Origin: Candidatus Latescibacterota bacterium
GTDB lineage: Bacteria; Latescibacterota; UBA2968; UBA8231
DNA: 64,000 nucleotides
Reading direction: 5' to 3'
NCBI GenBank assembly: GCA_965217585.1
Contig: OZ244561.1
Coordinates: forward strand, 3,488,001-3,552,000
In this document: in pieces, positions 19,000-28,752 of the stretch
Layout: the number at the start of each line of letters is the position of its first letter
How positions within the stretch are numbered: the first letter of the stretch is position 1
Translations under genes and position numbers: made by a program
Notes under the pieces: generated by a model
Databases searched by the model: none
The model's input: the letters and a program-made list of their open reading frames with translations, nothing else
Told to the model about the DNA's origin: nothing

Positions 19000-19859
19000 C
19001 CCCCGTCTTTTCCCAACGTCGTCGCCAACCCCAAGACGAACTGCCGCCCGGCCGGAAAATTGCGCCCATTGAGCGAGAAGCGCACCGCCGCCTCGACAGT
19101 CGTGCGCTGGCCGACGGTGTAGAGCAGGGCCGGCGTCAGGTAGGTGATGCGCTTGATCTCGGCTTCAATACTGCCAAAGACGACCGCCGGATTGCTGCGG
19201 AGTACCTCGCATTTGCCCAGCAGCATCAGTTGGCGCACGAGCTGATAGCCCAACTCGGCGTTGAGGAACCACTCGTCGCCTGGGTCGCGGTCGATCTGCT
19301 CGTTGCGGGTGCGGACGCGATAGCCGAGGTCCATGTTGCCGTACAAGGGTAGCGGCCAAAAGGAGCGCCCCACCTGCCCGACAACGTCGAAATCCCACTG
19401 CCCTTCGCCCACTGGGATCAGCCCGTCTTCGTTTTTGAACGTTCCGGTCGGTATCTTGACACCGGCCTTGAGCGAGAGGACCAAGGGTTTGGCCAAGAGG
19501 CGCAACTTGGCCAAGGCGCGGATGTCGCTCAGGCCGGTATCTGTGCGGGGTGCGGCGAACGCGGCGTTGGCAAAGGATTGATCGAAATAGGGAACCTGCA
19601 AGCCGAGGTCTAGGCGGTCGGTGACGCCGTATAGGCCCTCGAAAAAGACGGCGCGCGATTCGTATTGCCCATCGAAGTCGTAGCGAGCGCGGGTGCCGGG
19701 TGCGCCAAAGCGTCCTTTGCCGACATACCACTCCTGGGTTTGCTGCTGGAAATACGTGAGCTTGCCCCAGAACTGGCCTCTCTGCAAAGTCCAGGCTCCG
19801 GCATCCACATCGGCTGCCGCGCCTAGGAGTGCCAAACCGACCAACAGGTATTGGACCAT
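18996..19859 (-). CDS. Exported outer-membrane beta-barrel protein (MetA-pathway/transporter-like)
   Basis: Signal peptide, YGVTDRL.LGLQVPY, GLSDI, K.PTG; amphipathic beta pattern. Confidence 0.6.
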   Translation of the reverse strand: MVQYLLVGLALLGAAADVDAGAWTLQRGQFWGKLTYFQQQTQEWYVGKGRFGAPGTRARYDFDGQYESRAVFFEGLYGVTDRLDLGLQVPYFDQSFANAAFAAPRTDTGLSDIRALAKLRLLAKPLVLSLKAGVKIPTGTFKNEDGLIPVGEGQWDFDVVGQVGRSFWPLPLYGNMDLGYRVRTRNEQIDRDPGDEWFLNAELGYQLVRQLMLLGKCEVLRSNPAVVFGSIEAEIKRITYLTPALLYTVGQRTTVEAAVRFSLNGRNFPAGRQFVLGLATTLGKDGG

Positions 19860-19921
19860 GGCCGCATTCCTTTCGCGTATTGGGTTCGCAGTTTCCCCGT
19901 AGAATAAGTACTTTTAAGGCT

Positions 19922-21205
19922 GTGCATATACTGACTTTAGGAATCAATCACCGCACTGCGCCGGTAGAAATCCGCGAGCGGCTGGCCTTCCCCGAAAGCG
20001 ACCAGCCCTCGGCCCTAGCCCAACTCGTCGGCGACTACGGGCTGCACGAAGCGGCTATTCTCTCCACCTGCAACCGCTCCGAGCTGTACTTGGCTGCCGA
20101 TAGCGACAGCGGGCTGGCCCAAGTGCGCCGCTTTCTCGCCGAATGCCAAGGCGTAGATGTCGCGGCGCTTGAACCCCACTTCTATCAGCTCAACGACTCA
20201 GACGCGGCCGTTCACCTTTTTCGCGTCGCCAGCGGCATTGACTCCCTCGTCGTCGGCGAGTCTCAGATACTCGGGCAAGTGCGGCGCGCGCTGGAAATGG
20301 CCCAGCAAAACGGCTCGGCGCGCCTGTTGCTCAACGAGCTTTTTCAGCGCTCGCTGCGCGTGGGCAAGCGCGCGCGCGCCGAGACGGATATTGGCCGTGG
20401 CCGGCTGTCGATTAGTACGGCTGCGGTCGAGCTGGCGGGCCAGGTCTTTGAAAACCTGACGGGCTGCTGCGTGCTCTTGGTCGGCGCTGGCGAGATGGGC
20501 GCGCTCACGGCCCAGTACTTGGTTGATTCTGGCGTCGAGCGACTGTTGGTCAGCAGCCGCACTTTTGCCCGCGCCCAGTCGCTAGCCAGCCGCTTGGGTG
20601 GCGAGGCCGTGCCCTTTGCGGAACTAGCCGCTCAGCTCGCCACCGTTGACATCGTCATCTCGGCGACTGCGGCTGCGGACTACGTCATCCGGCCTACCGA
20701 GTTACGCCAGGCCATGGAGCAACGCCGAGGACGCCCGCTGTTCCTCATCGACATTGCCGTGCCGCGCGACATCGACCCGGCCGCCCGCGATATCGACAAC
20801 GTCTTCCTGTTCGATGAGGACGATCTCGAACAAGTCGTTGCGGCCAATCGCCAAGAGCGCGAGGGAGAGATACGCTGCGTGCAAGCCATTATCGACCACG
20901 AGCTAAAGGAGTTTTTGCACTGGTTTAACGCCTTGGGCACCGGCCCGCTAATCCGCGCCTTGCGCCAGCGCGCCGCTCACCTCCAAGAGCAGGAACTCAC
21001 ACGCTGGGCTGCCCAACTCGGCCCGCTCTCCGCGGCTGAGCGCCAGCTCGTCGAGGGCATCTTGCGCGGTTACGCCAACAAGCTCCTGCACGATCCGCTC
21101 GTGCAGATCCGCGAGTTTGCCAACGACGACGAGGGCTATGTCCGCCTCGATACGGTGCGCCGCCTCTTCCGACTCGACGATGAGGCCGAGGAGGAAGAAT
21201 CGTGA
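19922..21205 (+). CDS. hemA: Glutamyl-tRNA reductase
   Basis: GINHRTAPVEIRE, LSTCNRSE, GESQILGQV, GAGEM, IDIAVPRDI. Confidence 0.96.
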   Translation: MHILTLGINHRTAPVEIRERLAFPESDQPSALAQLVGDYGLHEAAILSTCNRSELYLAADSDSGLAQVRRFLAECQGVDVAALEPHFYQLNDSDAAVHLFRVASGIDSLVVGESQILGQVRRALEMAQQNGSARLLLNELFQRSLRVGKRARAETDIGRGRLSISTAAVELAGQVFENLTGCCVLLVGAGEMGALTAQYLVDSGVERLLVSSRTFARAQSLASRLGGEAVPFAELAAQLATVDIVISATAAADYVIRPTELRQAMEQRRGRPLFLIDIAVPRDIDPAARDIDNVFLFDEDDLEQVVAANRQEREGEIRCVQAIIDHELKEFLHWFNALGTGPLIRALRQRAAHLQEQELTRWAAQLGPLSAAERQLVEGILRGYANKLLHDPLVQIREFANDDEGYVRLDTVRRLFRLDDEAEEEES

Positions 21206-22014
21206 CGACGTTCTGCATTGTCTCTCTCGTCATCGCCTTGGCGTTCTACTTGGCTGCCGCGCTGCTGTTTCAAGGGCACTTTCTCTGGCACAAGAGCGGT
21301 TGGGACGCGTTGGGACGCAAGAGCTTGAAGTTGGGTCTGGTCGTACACGCAGTCAGCATCGTGCTGCACTTCGCGTTTTCCGGCCAAGCCCTCTTCGCCA
21401 ACATGGTGGTGATCATCACTTCGCTGGTCATGGCCTTGGTAGTCGCGGGCCTGCTCGGCGAGCGCTATGCGCGCATTCGCCACCTCGGGCTGCTGACCGC
21501 GCCCCTCGCCTTTCTCGGCCTGCTCTATCCGCTGCTGTTGCCCATCCGCTTTGCGGAGGCCGAGTCGATTCTCGTGGAATATCCCTTCCTCGGCATCCAC
21601 GTGGTGCTGACCTTGCTCGGGCACGTGGGCTTCGCGCTGGCGTTCTGCTCGGCAGTCGGCTACCTCGTCCAACACCAAGCCCTGAAAAAGGGGCGGCTCA
21701 ACAGCTATCTACCCGCGCTCGACACGGCTGCCGCGGCGACCTTTCGCTTTGCCGGCGGCGGCTTTTCGCTCTTTACCTTGGGCTTGGGCATGGGTGCGAT
21801 TTGGCTCTTTGGCGCGCCGGGAGAATACCTCGCGGGCGGGGATACCAAAATCTGGCTGGCCCTGCCGACGTGGTTCGTCTTTGGTATCTACCTCTATTTG
21901 CGCGGCATTGGCCGTCGGCACGGTCGCCGTCTTAAGTGGCTGGTGATTGCGGGGTTTGTGCTGGGGCTGATCAACCTGCTGTGGGTGCGCCACGATTTCG
22001 TCAATTTTGTCTAG
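21202..22014 (+). CDS. Cytochrome c assembly (CcsA/HemX-like) membrane protein
   Basis: About 8 TM segments, conserved His (IHV), LPALD, D.K motif; coupled to hemA. Confidence 0.78.
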   Translation: MTTFCIVSLVIALAFYLAAALLFQGHFLWHKSGWDALGRKSLKLGLVVHAVSIVLHFAFSGQALFANMVVIITSLVMALVVAGLLGERYARIRHLGLLTAPLAFLGLLYPLLLPIRFAEAESILVEYPFLGIHVVLTLLGHVGFALAFCSAVGYLVQHQALKKGRLNSYLPALDTAAAATFRFAGGGFSLFTLGLGMGAIWLFGAPGEYLAGGDTKIWLALPTWFVFGIYLYLRGIGRRHGRRLKWLVIAGFVLGLINLLWVRHDFVNFV

Positions 22015-22142
22015 TGCGCCGCCGAAATGGCAGGAGTCGATACGCTTTATTGTCAGTCTGATATTTATGTTAGTATAATCCCAATAACGTTATATCCTAT
22101 AACGTCTTGCCTTATTCATAACCATCTGAAAGGAGCCGCGTT

Positions 22143-23147
22143 ATGAACTATCGATCCCTACTGATCGTCTGCTTGGCAACGCTGGGGCTAGCCGTCGCTG
22201 GCTGGGGACAAGCCGACGGTAAAATCGCGTTTCTCTCCGACCGCGAGGGGCATTCTGACGTGTGGGTTATGAATGCGGACGGGAGCGACCCCGTAAACCT
22301 GACCAAAGGGCGGGATTGCGCTAGCCCGGCTTGGTCTCCAGATGGCACGAAGATCGCCTATATCGGCGACATTTTTGACGACGATCAGTACGGGGGGGAG
22401 ATTTGGGTGATGGATGCCGACGGCGGCAATCCACAGCAGCTAACAGACGATTCGGCTAATAAAATACATCTTTCATGGTCTGCAGACGGGAGTAGCATTT
22501 ACTATAGGGCTTATAGGGCTATTGAGGAGCTGGATACGGACCATATAAGGGATGGCCCTTATATGTTTGTTATGGCGTTGGACGGAAGTGGCTCCTCGCC
22601 CGTGGACTGGAGAGAGGTACCTTACTACCGCTACTTCGGTCGTTCCTCGGACGGGACCAAAGAAGCAGTCGTCGTGCTGCGGGAACAAGGGGACGAAGAG
22701 AATCTCGCCCGCCTCTACCTGAGCGATGTTAGGGAAGATGATTCCTCGGTTTTTCATTGGCCTATCAGTGAAGCCGATCCCGCGATTTTTCTTCGGCAGA
22801 TCAGTGGAATCGAGGTTATCCCTCTACCTGACCTACACCAGATCAGTCTGTGCGTACGCGAGTCCACACCCCCGTTTCCTACCGTTATGTTTGACCAAGA
22901 TGGTGTGTGCGTGTCCGACGACACATTTATAGGTGGCGCAACTTGGTCGCCCAACAGTATGAGAATCGCCTTCGCTTCTTTCACTGAGCTCATTTGGGCC
23001 GTTGATCTAGACGGGGGCAATTTGGTCGAATTGACCAACGGCTTAGGTGGAGTCGCTCCCGCTTGGCAACCTGTCGTCCCTTCTGCTACTGCCACGAGCG
23101 TCGAGTCTCAGTCGTGGGGACGGATCAAAGCGCTGCTTTCTCATTAA
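22143..23147 (+). CDS. Secreted TolB-like PD40/beta-propeller protein with a C-terminal 'SWGRIK' motif
   Basis: KIAFLSDREG..DVWVMNADGS, PAWSPDG repeats, signal peptide. Confidence 0.8.
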   Translation: MNYRSLLIVCLATLGLAVAGWGQADGKIAFLSDREGHSDVWVMNADGSDPVNLTKGRDCASPAWSPDGTKIAYIGDIFDDDQYGGEIWVMDADGGNPQQLTDDSANKIHLSWSADGSSIYYRAYRAIEELDTDHIRDGPYMFVMALDGSGSSPVDWREVPYYRYFGRSSDGTKEAVVVLREQGDEENLARLYLSDVREDDSSVFHWPISEADPAIFLRQISGIEVIPLPDLHQISLCVRESTPPFPTVMFDQDGVCVSDDTFIGGATWSPNSMRIAFASFTELIWAVDLDGGNLVELTNGLGGVAPAWQPVVPSATATSVESQSWGRIKALLSH

Positions 23148-23156
23148 TCGCGTCTC

Positions 23157-23197
23157 GTGCGTAGGGGCGGTGCGGAGCGCAGGCCGCCCCTACGCAC
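23157..23197. repeat. GTAG-type REP-like palindrome
   Basis: GTGCGTAGGGGCGG ... CCGCCCCTACGCAC perfect 14-bp inverted repeat. Confidence 0.65.
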
Positions 23198-23386
23198 CCT
23201 TCTGCATTAATCCCGCCTTACCGATCCATGTAGCGCAACCGCAACACGGCTGTTTCTCCCATACTACACCGCATCGCCTAGCAAAGCGTCCTTGTTCAGA
23301 GTGCAAGATGATTTAAGCGCTTGGCCTGCATTTTGCATAAGCCATGTAGCCGATTATCTTTGACCCACTACCAAAGGATGCTCACC

Positions 23387-23887
23387 ATGTCCACCCCACA
23401 ACCCTCTCCCGAGCTCACCACTCGCGATGTTTTGCAACAAATTGACCATCGCCTGAGTCTCATCGAGACGGATGTGCGCGAAAACAATAACAAGATCGAG
23501 GCTAAGATCGACGCTTTTGACCGCAAGTTTGAAGGCAAGATCGACGCTTTTGACCGTAAATTTGAGGCTAAGATCGACGCTTTTGACCGCAAGTTTGAAG
23601 GCAAGATCGACGCACTCGATAGCAAGGTCGAAGACGGGATCAATGCTCTTGACCGCAAAGTCGAAGGCAAGATCAACGCGCTCGATAGCAAGGTCGAAGA
23701 CGGGATCAATGCTCTTGACCGCAAAGTCGAAGGCAAGATCGACGCGCTCGATAGCAAGGTCGAAGGCAAGATCGAAGTCGAAGTACGCGAACTACGCCGT
23801 GAGCTCAACGGCAAATTTAACTTGGTTATCGGCTTGGTCATCACCTCTTGGCTGTCGATGATGGGTACGCTTCTCTTCAAATTGTAG
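23387..23887 (+). CDS. Coiled-coil 11-residue repeat protein with C-terminal TM helix (Bdr/DUF1640-like)
   Basis: KIDAFDRKFEG / KIDALDSKVEG repeats and a hydrophobic tail. Confidence 0.75.
   Translation: MSTPQPSPELTTRDVLQQIDHRLSLIETDVRENNNKIEAKIDAFDRKFEGKIDAFDRKFEAKIDAFDRKFEGKIDALDSKVEDGINALDRKVEGKINALDSKVEDGINALDRKVEGKIDALDSKVEGKIEVEVRELRRELNGKFNLVIGLVITSWLSMMGTLLFKL
23504..23767 (+). repeat. Eight tandem 33-bp coding repeats
   Basis: Unit AAGATCGACGCTTTTGACCGCAAGTTTGAAGGC and variants, period 33. Confidence 0.9.
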
Positions 23888-24111
23888 ATACGGTCACACA
23901 CCCTTCCACACCAACTCTGCCCGATCAGTCTCAAGCGCAAACTCCGCGCCGACTCGCACAACAGATGCACGTAGCATGACCCCGCCCGACGCTGCCGTAG
24001 CTGGTTGAGTTTCATGCAAACTCGATGCGCCGCCGCGAGGGATTTGTATCGCCGTCGTTCTGCCGTATCTTCTGTCGCCTACAAAAAAATAAGGAGTTAT
24101 AGATACCCGAT

Positions 24112-25359
24112 ATGCCCCTCGACCAAATGCTCACCCCGGAAGAAGCCCGCGCCATCGTCCTTGAGCACGTACAAGTCCTCGGCCCCGAGCGCATTTCTCT
24201 GCTCGAAGCTACGGGTCGCGTGCTCGCCCAAGACGTGTTGGTGCGCCGCGACAATCCGCCCTGCGACAACTCGGCCATGGACGGCTATGCCGTGCGCCAT
24301 GCGGATGTAGCCGCAGCGGGGGACGATGCGCCCGTAGCCTTGGAGATCATCGAAGACATACCGGCCGGCAAGGTGCCGCAAAAAGCGGTCAGACCCGGTC
24401 AAGCCAGCCGCATTATGACGGGCGCGGCCGTGCCCGCCGGAGCCGACACCATCGCCCCAGTAGAGGACACCCGCCCTTCCGGGCAGGGGGTCGAGATCCT
24501 CGCCGTTGAAGAGTGCGGCGCGCACATTCGCCGGCGCGGCGAGGACATGCGCTGCGGTGAGCCGATCATCAAGGCCGGTACCGAGTGCGGCCCCGGCGAA
24601 CTGGCCGTGCTTGCCGCCGTGCAGCAGAGCTTCGTCTCGGTCTATCGCCGGCCGCACGTCGCCATTCTCTCCACCGGCGACGAGTTGGTCGAGATCGAAG
24701 AGGCGCCCGGAGAAGGCCAGATTGTCAACAGCAATACGTGTGCTCTAGCCGCCTTCTGCCACGCCCACGGAGCCGAACCAGTGATGCTGCCCACAGTAGC
24801 GGACGACGAGGCCGCGATCCGCGCCACCATTGAGGCCGCGATCCGCGCTGACTTCGCCGTCTCTTCAGGCGGCGTCTCGGTCGGCGAATACGACTTCGTC
24901 AAAAAGGTCCTCGACGACTTGGGGGCCGAGACGATCTTCTGGCGCGTGGCCATGAAACCAGGCAAGCCCCTGATCTTCTGCACGGTCGGCGGCGTGCCGT
25001 ACTTCGGCCTGCCCGGCAATCCAGTATCGAGCATGATGTCCTTTCTCCAGTTCGTGCGCCCCGCCATCCGCAAGGCCGCAGGCTATCCGCAAGCGGCGTG
25101 GTTTTTGCCCGAGGCGCACGCCCGGGTGGAAAGCCCCTGCGACAACGACGGCGATCGCCGCCAGTACATGCGCGCCACCTTGCGCTACCAAGATGGCCAG
25201 TTCTGGGTGCGCCCCGCCCGCAGCCAAGGCTCGCACATCATCAGCTCCATGCTCAACGCCAACAGCTTCGTCGTCCTCGAACCCCGCCAGCGCGCCGAAA
25301 TCGGCGACCAAGTCATGGTGCAGGTCGTTGGAGAGTTAGTGATGAGTGGTGAGGGATAG
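24112..25359 (+). CDS. moeA: Molybdopterin molybdotransferase
   Basis: GRVLAQD, NSAMDGYAVR, IMTGA, STGDEL, SGGVSVG, MKPGKP, GLPGNPVS. Confidence 0.95.
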   Translation: MPLDQMLTPEEARAIVLEHVQVLGPERISLLEATGRVLAQDVLVRRDNPPCDNSAMDGYAVRHADVAAAGDDAPVALEIIEDIPAGKVPQKAVRPGQASRIMTGAAVPAGADTIAPVEDTRPSGQGVEILAVEECGAHIRRRGEDMRCGEPIIKAGTECGPGELAVLAAVQQSFVSVYRRPHVAILSTGDELVEIEEAPGEGQIVNSNTCALAAFCHAHGAEPVMLPTVADDEAAIRATIEAAIRADFAVSSGGVSVGEYDFVKKVLDDLGAETIFWRVAMKPGKPLIFCTVGGVPYFGLPGNPVSSMMSFLQFVRPAIRKAAGYPQAAWFLPEAHARVESPCDNDGDRRQYMRATLRYQDGQFWVRPARSQGSHIISSMLNANSFVVLEPRQRAEIGDQVMVQVVGELVMSGEG

Positions 25360-25416
25360 CGGCAAAAAAATCGCGACCTCCAGCACCACCCGGTCGCTTC
25401 ACCCTTAGGATCCGTT

Positions 25417-26481
25417 ATGGCTTCCAAAATACTCGACAATCGCGCCCTAAAACCACTGCAACCGGCGACCGCGCTGTGGAAACAGTACGACCCGGCGGCA
25501 GCGCCTCGCGCCTTTAAGGCCGAAAATCCAGCCCAAGCGCGACGCTGGCAAAAGACGACGCGCCGCGCTTTAGCCAAGCATCTAGGCCTAGCGACCGGCG
25601 ACGAGACGAATTTGGCAGCGCGCAAAGTAGAAGAAATCGACAAAGGCGATTATACGCGGCAAAAAATAATCCTCCGCACCGGCCCCCACGCGCAGATGCC
25701 GGTGTACATCTTGCTGCCCAAAGGTGCCACCGGCCCCCTGCCCACGGTCGTGGCTTTCCACGGCCACGGCTACGGGGTCAAGGACATTGTCGGTTTATGG
25801 GAGGATGGGGGGGAGCGCGACGAGCCCGACGGCTACCACAAGGACTTCGGCGTGGCCCTGTGCCGCGCTGGCTTTGCCGTGGCTGCCCCAGAAATTTCGG
25901 GCTTTGGCGAGCGCCAGACCGATTTCTCCTATCTGGAACGCGGCCAAGGAGCGCCTTCGACCTGTACCCATACGGCCATGCTCGCCTTCCACTTGGGCAC
26001 CTCGGTGGTCGGCATCCGCGTGCGCGATGGTCTGCGCTTGGTCGATTACTTGGAAACCCGCCCCGAATTCGACACCAGTCGCCTCGGCGCGATGGGCATT
26101 TCGGGCGGCGGCATGCACACCTTCTTCTCCACCTGCATGGACGAGCGCATCCGCGCCTGCGTGATCAGCGGCTACTACTCGACCTTCGAGCACAGCATCC
26201 TCGCCATGTCGCACTGCCCCTGCAACTATGTGCCGGGCTTGGCTGAATTCGGTGAAATGTACGATCTGGTCGGCCTCATCGCCCCGCGCCCATTGCTGGT
26301 GGAAGCCGGCACCCACGACCCCATCTTCCCCCTTGCTGCCGTGCGCTCCAGCCTGACCAAAGCGCGCAGAGTGTACGGGGTTTTCTCAGCCCGCCACCAA
26401 GTGGAAGCCGACATTTTTTCGGGCCGACACCAAATCAGCGGTGCCCGCGCCTACGATTTTCTCCGAGAGGCCCTCGTCTGA
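25417..26481 (+). CDS. Alpha/beta hydrolase (dienelactone hydrolase/acetylxylan esterase-like)
   Basis: HGHG, GISGGG nucleophile elbow, IAPRPL, DPIFP, C-terminal His. Confidence 0.85.
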   Translation: MASKILDNRALKPLQPATALWKQYDPAAAPRAFKAENPAQARRWQKTTRRALAKHLGLATGDETNLAARKVEEIDKGDYTRQKIILRTGPHAQMPVYILLPKGATGPLPTVVAFHGHGYGVKDIVGLWEDGGERDEPDGYHKDFGVALCRAGFAVAAPEISGFGERQTDFSYLERGQGAPSTCTHTAMLAFHLGTSVVGIRVRDGLRLVDYLETRPEFDTSRLGAMGISGGGMHTFFSTCMDERIRACVISGYYSTFEHSILAMSHCPCNYVPGLAEFGEMYDLVGLIAPRPLLVEAGTHDPIFPLAAVRSSLTKARRVYGVFSARHQVEADIFSGRHQISGARAYDFLREALV

Positions 26482-26519
26482 AGGCAGTGCAAGCAGATTC
26501 TAACCCCAAGGAACCCTCC

Positions 26520-27527
26520 ATGAATCGCCCCCCCGCAGAATTCAAACGCGTACCCGTCGCCATGCTGCGCTCCTTTACCGCCGACTGTCTCAAGGCCGCC
26601 GGGCTGCGTGCCGACCACGCCGATCAGCTAGCCGAACTGTTGTCCAACTCCGACCTGCGCGGCGTGCGCTCGCACGGCACCCGCGCCATGGTTGGCTATT
26701 GCGGCGGCCTCCGCGACGGCACCGTCAACCCCAACCCCGACCTGCGCGTGCTCCAAGATACCGAAACCACGGTCCTCATCGACGGCGACGGCGGCTTGGG
26801 CTATGCGCCGATGATGCTGGCCACCGAAAAGGCCATTGAGAAGGCCAAGCAATACAAGGTCGCTCTCGGCGCGGCCTGCCACCTCGGGCACTACGGCTCG
26901 GCCGGGCACTACGTGCGCCGCGCCATGCAGGAGGGCTGCTGCGCCTTTTCGGTTCAGGGGCACCATCCCAATTACTTCGGCGAGGGCGGCGGCAACCGCG
27001 GCCAGCAGTCGGCCTATTGGGGCAACCCGCCGCTCTGCTTTGGCTTTCCGTCGGAAGAAGAGCCGCCGCTGGTCCTCGACGCGGCGACCTGCATCTTGGC
27101 CGACTATCATCGCGGCCCTGAATACGACGCTTTACAGGAGTTGATTCCGCCGGCTTTCTTCAAGTCGATGGGTTATACCGGCTCGGCCTTGACGCTGGGC
27201 GGGGCCTTCGTCGGCCAGAATAGCGACCGCGCCCGGGCCGCTGCCCAGCGGTGGCCCCGCGCTGGCAATGGCGGCCTGATCATCGTCATGGACATCGGCG
27301 CGTTCGCCCCCCCCGACGCCTTCCGCGCCGGTGTTGACACTCTCGTGCGCGGCGTCCGCGAGACCATGGAACCCGTGCGCGGCTACGACGAGGCGACCCT
27401 GCCGGGCACCATTGAGCACCGCAAGAGCGAGGAATACTCCCACGAAGGGATTCCGCTGGCCATGGACGATTTGGAAAGGCTAGCGGCGTGCGGGCGCGAG
27501 TTGGGGGTTGAGGCGGAGTGGGATTAA
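26520..27527 (+). CDS. Ldh_2 family (malate/lactate/ureidoglycolate) oxidoreductase
   Basis: DLRGVRSHG, DGDGGLG, HYG..G.Y, GNPP, LPG..E. Confidence 0.88.
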   Translation: MNRPPAEFKRVPVAMLRSFTADCLKAAGLRADHADQLAELLSNSDLRGVRSHGTRAMVGYCGGLRDGTVNPNPDLRVLQDTETTVLIDGDGGLGYAPMMLATEKAIEKAKQYKVALGAACHLGHYGSAGHYVRRAMQEGCCAFSVQGHHPNYFGEGGGNRGQQSAYWGNPPLCFGFPSEEEPPLVLDAATCILADYHRGPEYDALQELIPPAFFKSMGYTGSALTLGGAFVGQNSDRARAAAQRWPRAGNGGLIIVMDIGAFAPPDAFRAGVDTLVRGVRETMEPVRGYDEATLPGTIEHRKSEEYSHEGIPLAMDDLERLAACGRELGVEAEWD

Positions 27528-27610
27528 ATATGGGCTGAGTGTTTTGTCGAATTGGGCGTATAATTTTAAGTGTCACTGCAAAACTTACGCCATTTTAGAA
27601 AAATCAACGC

Positions 27611-28672
27611 TTACTCGATCCGCACTTCCCGCCCCTGCTCCGCTGATTCGTACAGTCCGTCGAGCATCTTCTGCACCATCAGCCCGTGCTCTCCGGGCGA
27701 CAGGGTTTCCGCGCCGTAGAGTACGTGATCGACGAAGTTGCGCATCTTCTGGCCGAAGGCGTCGGCTGCCGGGCCGCTGGGCATCCAGTCGGGCCGGGTG
27801 TTGACCATGTAATCGTTGGCGTCGTGGAAAAGCCCCGGCGGGTCCCAGTTGGCACCGCCCTTCTCGCCCATCAGCGTGAAGTTCCACTCGTTCTTCTCGA
27901 TATGGGCGGCGAAGCTAGCCTCAATACTGAGCATCGCGCCGTTGGCAAAGCGGATATGCCCCACCGCTAAGTCCTCTATCGTATAGGTCTTGTAGTCCCA
28001 GTTGGGCCACTGCGAGATCACGTTTGACGGCTTGTCACCGAGGTAGGTATAGGTGCTGCCACTGGCTGCCACCGGTTTGGGCGCACCCATTGCATAGTGC
28101 GTGGTCTCCAGCATGTGGACGCCGATATCGATCAGCGGCCCGCCGCCTTGTAGGTCCTTGCGGCCAAAGACTCCCCAGTTGGGAATCCCCCGCCGCCGCA
28201 GGGCCTGCACCCGGGCGTACAGGACCGTGCCCAGTTCGCCGTTGTCAACGATCTTCTTGATAAACTGCGTCTTCGGCTCATAGCGGTTTTGGAATCCAAT
28301 AATCAGCTTTTTGCCGTTTTTCTCCGCGGCGTCGAGCATCTTTTGGCCCTCGCGCGCGTTCATGGCCAAAGGCTTCTCGACGAGGGCGTGGGCACCCGCA
28401 TCAAGCGCGGCGATGGTGCAGGGGGCGTGCAGACCGTTGGGTGTGCAGACGCTCACGGCGTCGGGTTCGACCTGCCGGAGCATTTCCCCGTAGTCGGCGT
28501 ACGCTTGGGGGATTTCGTATTCCTCACAGCAGTCTTGCGCTCTTTCGAGGGCCACATCCGCCACGGCCACCATCTCCACGTCGTCCATGTTTTGGTAATA
28601 GCGCATGTGCGCCTTGGCGATGCCGCCAGCGCCGATTAGGGCGACGCGCAGCTTGTCTTGCTTCTTGGTCAT
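27611..28672 (-). CDS. Gfo/Idh/MocA family oxidoreductase
   Basis: IGAGGIA, VCTPN..H, EKPLA, GGGPLIDIGVH. Confidence 0.93.
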   Translation of the reverse strand: MTKKQDKLRVALIGAGGIAKAHMRYYQNMDDVEMVAVADVALERAQDCCEEYEIPQAYADYGEMLRQVEPDAVSVCTPNGLHAPCTIAALDAGAHALVEKPLAMNAREGQKMLDAAEKNGKKLIIGFQNRYEPKTQFIKKIVDNGELGTVLYARVQALRRRGIPNWGVFGRKDLQGGGPLIDIGVHMLETTHYAMGAPKPVAASGSTYTYLGDKPSNVISQWPNWDYKTYTIEDLAVGHIRFANGAMLSIEASFAAHIEKNEWNFTLMGEKGGANWDPPGLFHDANDYMVNTRPDWMPSGPAADAFGQKMRNFVDHVLYGAETLSPGEHGLMVQKMLDGLYESAEQGREVRIE

Positions 28673-28706
28673 TGCTCTCCGTTCGTGTCTGGTTATGGCA
28701 AGGCAC

Positions 28707-28733
28707 AAAAAAACCGGCCCGCAGACCGGTTTT
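28707..28733 (-). terminator. Intrinsic terminator-like hairpin
   Basis: AAAACCGGTC-TGCG-GGCCGGTTTTTT on the minus strand. Confidence 0.6.
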
Positions 28734-28752
28734 CTCTCCTACAGATACCATC

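Noticed and set aside
23888-24111. Moco riboswitch upstream of moeA
   Set aside because: Only a short hairpin (GAGTTT...AAACTC); the consensus is not recognisable.
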